A DNA stretch of 64,000 nt from Candidatus Hydrogenedentota bacterium (GTDB taxonomy: Bacteria; Hydrogenedentota; Hydrogenedentia; Hydrogenedentales; SLHB01), in assembly GCA_963668025.2 (NCBI GenBank), contig CAXXTH010000012.1:32001-96000 (forward strand), written 5' to 3'. Below are positions 57,820 through 64,000 of the stretch, in pieces. The translations under genes and the position numbers were made by a program. The number at the start of each line of letters is the position of its first letter. The first letter of the stretch is position 1. A model generated the notes under the pieces. It had not been told where the DNA came from. It made no database searches and saw nothing but the letters and a program-made list of their open reading frames with translations.

Positions 57820-58359
57820 TTATTCTGGCCCATGCCGACTGCTGAAAACCGCCGCGAGTTGTTCCCGGTTATGGGTGCTTACAAGCCGTTGTATGTCTCC
57901 CAGCGCACATGGACTACGCAGAGTATGCATTTCAGCGCTCTCCTGTCGGCGAACGGCTTCCAGTTTATTCTCTAGTTTTATGATGCCCCGCAACACATCC
58001 TGCCGTGTAATCACGCCCGCCAATGTTTCATTGTCAACGACCGGCAAAGCGGGGAAGTTGGACAGCAAGAATAATTGCGCCACGGTAAACAGGTCCATCC
58101 CCACACTGACCGCCATTTTTACTTCGGACATGAACTCACTCACCGTGCCGGAAACGACATTGCTGTACGCGGAAGTGCTTATGATCCGCAAGCAGTCTTT
58201 TTCCGTCAAAATACCCACCAAATGGCGGTTGGAATCGACTACCGGCGCGCCGGAAGCCTGTTTTTTCACCAATAGGTCTATGGCTAAGAAAACGTCCATA
58301 TCCGGCTGGAGCGTAAAATAGGACTTCGCCATACAATCACGAGCGGTTGGGATAACCAT
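57820..58359 (-). CDS. CBS domain-pair protein
   Basis: ARDCM, SGAPVVD...LVGILTEKDCL, V.EFM, LPVVD...L.GVITRQDVL; GGAGG RBS. Confidence 0.92.
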   Translation of the reverse strand: MVIPTARDCMAKSYFTLQPDMDVFLAIDLLVKKQASGAPVVDSNRHLVGILTEKDCLRIISTSAYSNVVSGTVSEFMSEVKMAVSVGMDLFTVAQLFLLSNFPALPVVDNETLAGVITRQDVLRGIIKLENKLEAVRRQESAEMHTLRSPCALGDIQRLVSTHNREQLAAVFSSRHGPE

Positions 58360-58450
58360 CTTTACCCCTCCTTTTTCACAATTACCAATTGATCAAGGAA
58401 CGCCCGATATGCTTTGGCCTATTCCCCGCCTGTCTCGCGAGGAAAGGGCA

Positions 58451-58933
58451 TCAGGATGGATTGGGGGCTGGAAGAGGCAAGGATTTTACAGAAAGTATGT
58501 GTAGCGGACGCCATCTTCCTGATGGCGTATACTCGATCTGCACCGGATCATCCGTCTGAAATTGTTCCCAAAGAGAACGTTCGACCGCAAGCCCGCCTCG
58601 ATAAGGTTCTGCGTTCATGTCGTCAGATTTGATGGAAATAGGCTCGAATTCAAAATAAAGGGCATATATCTCTTGAGCTTTTTCAAGGGCGCGCACCTCT
58701 TTTCCTATTATCCGGCCTTCTGCATACTCAGTAATGGAACCCCGGAATGAATCTGTTATCCGTTGTCCGAAAAACGCGCCGGCAATCAAGATGGTTGTAA
58801 TGACGATGACCAGGCGGTTCGATTGCCGTAAAGAGAGGCGGCGCCGGAATAGAGGCTGGACAGCGGAGCCTTGAAAACGCTGGGTCCCTAAGGCCCGATC
58901 ACGAAAACTGTCCTTATTGTATTTTGTGGCCAT
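58451..58933 (-). CDS. Hypothetical single-TM protein
   Basis: Basic N-terminus, one TM, small beta domain (G.I.GK, W.....D.V.IEY). Confidence 0.65.
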   Translation of the reverse strand: MATKYNKDSFRDRALGTQRFQGSAVQPLFRRRLSLRQSNRLVIVITTILIAGAFFGQRITDSFRGSITEYAEGRIIGKEVRALEKAQEIYALYFEFEPISIKSDDMNAEPYRGGLAVERSLWEQFQTDDPVQIEYTPSGRWRPLHILSVKSLPLPAPNPS

Positions 58934-59077
58934 CTGGTCTTGCCTTTCGTTATATACGGCCTTGCTTGCGCTTTATTATAATAGCATTGCACGGCTGCCG
59001 CCATGCGGATTTTTTGACATGGTTGTAACGGTTGTAGGATGATCCGCCAATTCTGGGCAAGATGAGGGAGTATTTCA

Positions 59078-60421
59078 ATGAATGTCTTTGTGGCGGGAGG
59101 CGGCCGTGTCGGGTTTCATCTGGCGCGCTTGCTCACCATCGAAGGGCATGATGTCACCATTATCGAAATTGATCCCAACCGGGTCGAGCAGGCGGATTAC
59201 GCCTTGGATGCGCGGACCATCACCGGCAATGCCGTGTCCGTCATGCTGCTCACCGAGGCCGGAGTGGGCGCCGCGGATGTATTCGTGGCGGCGTTGCGCA
59301 CGGATGAATTGAATCTGCTGGCCGCGGCCACGGCCAAATCGCTGGGTGCGAAGCAAGTGGTGGCCCGGGTGGATGATGCATCATACATCGAATCCTCGAT
59401 GCTTTATGAAACCTTGCTCAATATCGACTACATTTTAAGCCCTGACGCCCTGACGGCGGCGGAAATAGCGCGGTTTATCGAGAATCCCGGTATGATCGCC
59501 ATGGAAGAATTCGGCCGGGGGCTTGTCCAGATGCGCCAAGTCCGCGTGGCCAAATCACCCACGCGCAATGGGCGCACCTTGCGTGATGTTTGCCCTCCGG
59601 GCTGTGGCGCGCTGCTGGGCACCATTAATCGCAAAGGCCAGACCATGGTGCCCAACGGCAGCAGCGTGGTCGAGCCGGGCGACCTTATCACGTTGATCGG
59701 CAAACGGGAAAGCATCCCCACACTACAGAGCCAATTTCAAGGCCATATCACCAAAACGGACCACATCACCATCATGGGCGGCGGTAGCATCGGGCTGCAT
59801 TTGGCCCAGCTCCTGGATAACCGAGCTTGTTCCGTTAAGCTCATTGATTGGGACATGGAACGGTGTAATTTTCTGGCGGCCAAACTCAAGCGGGTGAAAG
59901 TGGTCTGCCGCGACGCCTCGAGCCGCAGCGCCCTCGAGCAAGAGCATATCGACGAAATGGACCTGTTCGTGGCCACCACGAGCGATGATGAGCGCAACAT
60001 CATGGCGTGCGTGCTCGCCAAGGAAATCGGCGCGGCCCATTCCGTCGCCGTGGTGAATCAGCCTGATTTTGCACCGCTAGTGGGAAGATTGGGAATTGAC
60101 CACGCCGTGACGCCCAGGGCGTGCCTGTCGAATCGCATTTTACGGCTGATCCATCAAAAGAATATCTCAACGCTGGCCGTGCTCGATGAAGGCCAGGTTG
60201 AGATCATCGAGTTTAAAGTAGAAGCTCCTGCACCTCTCACAGGGAAAAGCTTGCGTGATATTGCTGGCCGTTTCCCAAAAGGAGCTTTGGTGGCCACCAT
60301 CTTGCGTGGTGAAGAGGTCATCGTTCCCAGCGGCGAAAGCCGTATTGAAGTGGGGGATTCCGTGGTCATGGTCGCGGCGCTTGATTCCATTGACGCTGTA
60401 TTGAAGCTTTTCACATCATGA
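59078..60421 (+). CDS. trkA: Trk potassium uptake NAD-binding subunit
   Basis: Two RCK units: GGGRVG, DELN; GGGSIG, DDERN, IVP.G...I..GD.V. Confidence 0.96.
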   Translation: MNVFVAGGGRVGFHLARLLTIEGHDVTIIEIDPNRVEQADYALDARTITGNAVSVMLLTEAGVGAADVFVAALRTDELNLLAAATAKSLGAKQVVARVDDASYIESSMLYETLLNIDYILSPDALTAAEIARFIENPGMIAMEEFGRGLVQMRQVRVAKSPTRNGRTLRDVCPPGCGALLGTINRKGQTMVPNGSSVVEPGDLITLIGKRESIPTLQSQFQGHITKTDHITIMGGGSIGLHLAQLLDNRACSVKLIDWDMERCNFLAAKLKRVKVVCRDASSRSALEQEHIDEMDLFVATTSDDERNIMACVLAKEIGAAHSVAVVNQPDFAPLVGRLGIDHAVTPRACLSNRILRLIHQKNISTLAVLDEGQVEIIEFKVEAPAPLTGKSLRDIAGRFPKGALVATILRGEEVIVPSGESRIEVGDSVVMVAALDSIDAVLKLFTS

Positions 60422-61956
60422 ATTATCGTCTTGTAGCTAAAATGATGGGGCTCTATGGGTATGCCATTGGGGCCGTGTTTCTGCCTTCCATTTTATGGGC
60501 GCTCTACTATAAAGAATGGGAAACCATCCCGGGATTTCTGTATTCCATTCTTGTGTCCTGCGCCGTAGGCGTTGTATTGCGCCTGCTGGGGAGGAATGCT
60601 TCCCCCCGATTTTTTCAGCGTGAAGCCTTAGCGGTGGTCGCTTTGAGCTGGGTGCTCACGGGCATACTGGGGGCACTGCCGTATATTTTCAACGGAGTGC
60701 TCCACGTAGTTCCCGCCATATTCGAGAGCGTTTCCGGGTTTTCCACCACGGGGGCAAGCGTCATCGACGACGTGGAAGCCGTGCCTAAAGGCGTTTTATT
60801 CTGGCGCGCGTTGACCCACTGGCTCGGGGGCATTGGCATCATTGTGCTTTATATCGCCGTGCTTCCCTATTTGGGAGCAGGTGGCAAACAGCTCTTCAAA
60901 TCGGAATCCTCGATTGATCCCCGGGCGCTCCGCCCCCGGATCAAGGAGAGCGCCCTGATCTTACTGGGCATCTATTCGGGCCTCACCACGCTCGAGATTA
61001 TCGCATTACTCTGCACGGGGCAGATGAACCTGTTCGAAGCCATGTGCCATAGCTTTGCGACGCTGGCCACGGGCGGATTCTCTACGCGCAATCTGAGCGT
61101 CGGCGCATACAACAGTATTGCCGTGGAAGTGGTGATTATGATTTTTATGATCAGCGGCGCTTCCAGTTTCTTGCTGTACTTTAATGTGCTAAAAGGGCGG
61201 TGGAATGCCTTTTTCGAGGATATGGAATGGCGCACGTTCATTTCGATCTTGGGTGTTTCCACTCTGCTCATCGCGCTTAATGTTTCTGGCCTATTCGGCG
61301 GACCCGATTTTCATCCCTCCGATGTTTCTGGCAATCCGCCTGTAGCGCATGCCGCCGAACCTACGACGTTTGCCCATGCCCTTCGCGAAGCGGCTTTTAA
61401 CGCCACTTCCCTTATGACCAATACGGGCTTCATGGCAGATGATTTTGATTATTGGCCCTTCTTTTCGAGAATGCTGCTCATTGCATTGATGACCCTCGGA
61501 GGCTGTGCGGGCTCGACATGTGGCGGTATGAAAATCGTCCGAATCATCATTGTAATGAAAATGATAGCCATCCGCATTGGGCAGACTTTCCGCCCGAAAA
61601 CGGTTTATGCGTTGCGAGTCGGCGGAGAAGTCGTGAGTGATATTGTTCAACAGCGGTCCGCCGTGTTTGTGCTGACGTATTTATTGTGCCTGGCTGTTTG
61701 TTCACTTTGCATGTCGGCGTTTGGCCTTCCATTTGACGCAGCCGTCTCCTCCGTGGCAACCTGCATGAGCGGCACAGGCCCAGGATTGGGCCTCGTTGGC
61801 GGTATTGAAACGTATTCGTTTATTCCATACGGAGGGCAATTATTCCTTTGCTTTTGCATGATATTGGGTCGGCTCGAGTTATTCAGCTTGCTGGTGTTGT
61901 TTGCGCCAGGATTCTGGCGTCTCGCTCCGGAGAAACCTTCCCAAGATACTATTTGA
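60418..61956 (+). CDS. trkH: Trk potassium uptake permease
   Basis: FESVSGFSTTGAS, FWR..THWLGG.GII, ATGGFS, GGCAGST.GG.K, GRLE. Confidence 0.95.
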   Translation: MNYRLVAKMMGLYGYAIGAVFLPSILWALYYKEWETIPGFLYSILVSCAVGVVLRLLGRNASPRFFQREALAVVALSWVLTGILGALPYIFNGVLHVVPAIFESVSGFSTTGASVIDDVEAVPKGVLFWRALTHWLGGIGIIVLYIAVLPYLGAGGKQLFKSESSIDPRALRPRIKESALILLGIYSGLTTLEIIALLCTGQMNLFEAMCHSFATLATGGFSTRNLSVGAYNSIAVEVVIMIFMISGASSFLLYFNVLKGRWNAFFEDMEWRTFISILGVSTLLIALNVSGLFGGPDFHPSDVSGNPPVAHAAEPTTFAHALREAAFNATSLMTNTGFMADDFDYWPFFSRMLLIALMTLGGCAGSTCGGMKIVRIIIVMKMIAIRIGQTFRPKTVYALRVGGEVVSDIVQQRSAVFVLTYLLCLAVCSLCMSAFGLPFDAAVSSVATCMSGTGPGLGLVGGIETYSFIPYGGQLFLCFCMILGRLELFSLLVLFAPGFWRLAPEKPSQDTI

Positions 61957-62011
61957 CGCCGTAGAGGTTTAGAGGCTTTTGGCCCGCAACCCAAGGAGAT
62001 TGGGAATCACC

Positions 62012-63511
62012 ATGATCAACCATCTGATCCTGGCAAAGCTCCTCGGGCATGCGAGTATCACCATTGGGGCACTCATGGCTCCATCGCTTCTTGCCGCGGC
62101 CTGTTTCCGGGAATGGGGAGCGCTCGTGGCGTTTTTGGAGTCCATGGCCGCCAGCGCATGTTTCGGTTTTTTCTTGCTTGCCATAGGCAAAAAAGCAAAA
62201 GAGCATTTCTATCAGCGCGAAGCCCTCGGTTTTGTGGGGATATCCTGGATATTGGCCGCCGGTTTAGGCGCGCTGCCATTCATTTTTGGCGGTGTCCTTG
62301 GCCCCGTGGACGCCTACTTCGAGAGCATGTCTGGCTTCACCACCACCGGTTCGAGCGTTTTTGGCCCCGTGGAATTCGAAACGACTCCTAAAAGTATCAT
62401 GTTCTGGCGCTCGTTCACCCATTGGCTGGGCGGCATGGGTATCATTGTGCTATTCCTGGCCATATTGCCGTACTTGAGCGCGGGCGGCAAGCATATGTAC
62501 CGCTCGGAATCACCTGGCCCCGATCCGCGCGGCCTGCGCCCTCGCATTCGTGATACCGCCGCCATACTTTACACGATCTATTTGGGCATAACTGTTGCGC
62601 AGACGGCCTGCCTCATGCTCGCGGGCCTCAACCTGTATGAAGCCCTCTGCCAAACTTTTGGCACGTTGGCCACGGGGGGATTCTCGACGCGGGTTGATAG
62701 TATCGCGGGATTTCATAGCTTGTCCGTTGAAATCATCATTACCGTATTCACGATTGCCGCTGGGGCCAACTTCGCCCTGCATTTCGACGTGCTGCAAGGG
62801 AAATGGCGCTCATTGCTGAAAGACACGGAGTTTCGTGCTTATATCGCCATTTTGGCCATTGGCTCCATTGTCGTAGCGCTTAATCTTTTAGGAGCGCAGG
62901 CATCCTCACCGCCAGGAGTTGCCGCAGCCCCAGCACCTTTTTATCATTCCATTGGCGGAGCCTTTCGCCATGCAGTATTCCAAGTGGTCACCATCATGTC
63001 TACCACTGGTTTTTGTACGACGGATTTCGATCAATGGCCCGGTTTTTCTCGTATGTTTCTGGTTGTGATCATGTTCGTGGGCGGCTGCGCAGGCTCCACC
63101 GGTGGCGGGCTCAAGGTCGTGCGGGTGGTCATGCTGGCTAAGATGGCGTATTGGCTGCTGGAATCCACTTTTCATCCTAAAACCGTCCGCGCGTTGCGTA
63201 TCAACGGCGAAGTAGTTGATGAAGGCATGCAACGGATGGCCTACGGATTCTTTTTGATTTATATAGGCTGGTTTGTGCTGGGCTGCCTGGTCATGTCTTT
63301 TCTAGGCTTGCCTTTCCAGGGCGCGGTTACTTCCGTCGCCGCGACATTGAACAACGTCGGGCCCGGCCTTGATGTAGTTGGACCAGCCACCAATTTCGCG
63401 GCGGTACACCCCATGGGTAAGCTCTTCTTGTCCTTATGCATGGTCCTCGGGCGGCTTGAACTGTTCAGCATCTGCGCCCTGTTCATGCCATCCTTCTGGC
63501 GTTCCCATTAA
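62012..63511 (+). CDS. trkH: Trk potassium uptake permease, second paralog
   Basis: FESMSGFTTTG, WLGGMGII, ATGGFS, STTGF, GGCAGSTGGGLK, NNVGPG, GRLE. Confidence 0.95.
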   Translation: MINHLILAKLLGHASITIGALMAPSLLAAACFREWGALVAFLESMAASACFGFFLLAIGKKAKEHFYQREALGFVGISWILAAGLGALPFIFGGVLGPVDAYFESMSGFTTTGSSVFGPVEFETTPKSIMFWRSFTHWLGGMGIIVLFLAILPYLSAGGKHMYRSESPGPDPRGLRPRIRDTAAILYTIYLGITVAQTACLMLAGLNLYEALCQTFGTLATGGFSTRVDSIAGFHSLSVEIIITVFTIAAGANFALHFDVLQGKWRSLLKDTEFRAYIAILAIGSIVVALNLLGAQASSPPGVAAAPAPFYHSIGGAFRHAVFQVVTIMSTTGFCTTDFDQWPGFSRMFLVVIMFVGGCAGSTGGGLKVVRVVMLAKMAYWLLESTFHPKTVRALRINGEVVDEGMQRMAYGFFLIYIGWFVLGCLVMSFLGLPFQGAVTSVAATLNNVGPGLDVVGPATNFAAVHPMGKLFLSLCMVLGRLELFSICALFMPSFWRSH

Positions 63512-63558
63512 GAATGTACAGTTAGGCTTATCCAGCTATTTGTGTTATTAGCCTTGTA

Positions 63559-63580
63559 TGGTGGGGCAAGCCCCACTCTA
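63559..63580. repeat. GTAG-type REP copy
   Basis: tggtggggcaagccccactctac, third copy of this family. Confidence 0.75.
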
Positions 63581-63594
63581 CGGGATGATCAAGA

Positions 63595-64000
63595 ATGAAT
63601 GAGCAGCAGAATAAACCGAAGCGCCGCAAGGCCGGGTGCATTTTTGCCCTCTCGGCCATTCCCATACTGCTTGCACTTGTCGCCGGTGTTTTCATCGCTT
63701 TATCGCTACGGATGCCATATGATGCGCCGCTGGCGCGGATGTATCGCGCGGAGACGGAAGTGCGCGCCTTGGCCAAAGCCGTCGATACGTATTATGGCAT
63801 GTATAAGGAATATCCGCCTGCCGGGAAAGAAGGCCTACAAATGGCCACGCGCTTCTTATCCGCCCGGGCCAATTATTTCCCGAAAGGCCCTCCGCCGGAC
63901 CCGTGGGGCCATTCCTACCGGTATGCGCCTGGCAACGCATATGAAACGCCAAGCAGCGAAGCGCTCCGCTCCCCGGATGGTTTTCACGCTCCGGGAGCAT
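63595..64000 (+). CDS. GspG/pseudopilin-like protein, 3'-truncated (not in ORF track)
   Basis: Own translation: MNEQQNKPKRRKAGCIFALSAIPILLALVAGVFIAL...EVRALAKAVDTYY...EYPP...GL...PPDPWGHSYRY, a T2SS-G-like DPWG motif. Confidence 0.75.
   Translation, partial: MNEQQNKPKRRKAGCIFALSAIPILLALVAGVFIALSLRMPYDAPLARMYRAETEVRALAKAVDTYYGMYKEYPPAGKEGLQMATRFLSARANYFPKGPPPDPWGHSYRYAPGNAYETPSSEALRSPDGFHAPGA

Noticed and set aside
59014-59040. TTGACA...TAGGAT promoter for trkA
   Set aside because: Spacer is only 15 bp; too weak to report.

Overview
Bacterial chromosomal window, GC-rich overall, with no rRNA, tRNA, CRISPR array, transposase or integrase visible. The Pro/Gly-hydrophobic-basic C-terminal anchors on secreted proteins and the gene repertoire suggest a lineage such as Candidatus Hydrogenedentota (inference only). 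Contents in order: partial rnhB and a TPR lipoprotein; a ~21 kb carbohydrate-catabolism locus (a giant GH36-like/malectin protein split by a 1-nt frameshift, two exporter-fold ABC half-transporters, an (alpha/alpha)6 GH-like surface protein, two GH106-like enzymes, an amidohydrolase pair, a beta-helix/Ig surface protein); a GGDEF-RHH fusion and a tyrosine phosphatase; an accessory hotspot around tag-leuC-leuD with four MNT and three HEPN genes, a DUF2971-like gene and small membrane genes; bcp and lipoproteins; a flagellar block (fliM, fliN/Y, fliA, FliK-like, FlhB-C); a deacetylase and GT2; prs; a sugar ABC importer; a DHS-like enzyme; an acetylesterase; melA; an acyltransferase; a CBS protein; trkA-trkH-trkH; and a partial GspG-like gene. 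Main observations: (1) the leuC-leuD gap is built from direct duplications (leuC 3' end, a hairpin, an MNT 5' half, leuD 5' end) that bracket inserted segments and are studded with 9-nt-period and REP palindromes, i.e. a cassette-like capture site with no integrase in view; (2) two promoter-to-terminator structured sRNA candidates; (3) a circularly permuted domain pair inside one protein; (4) a VNTR in the FliK-like gene; (5) a mini Skp/OmpH-like protein.
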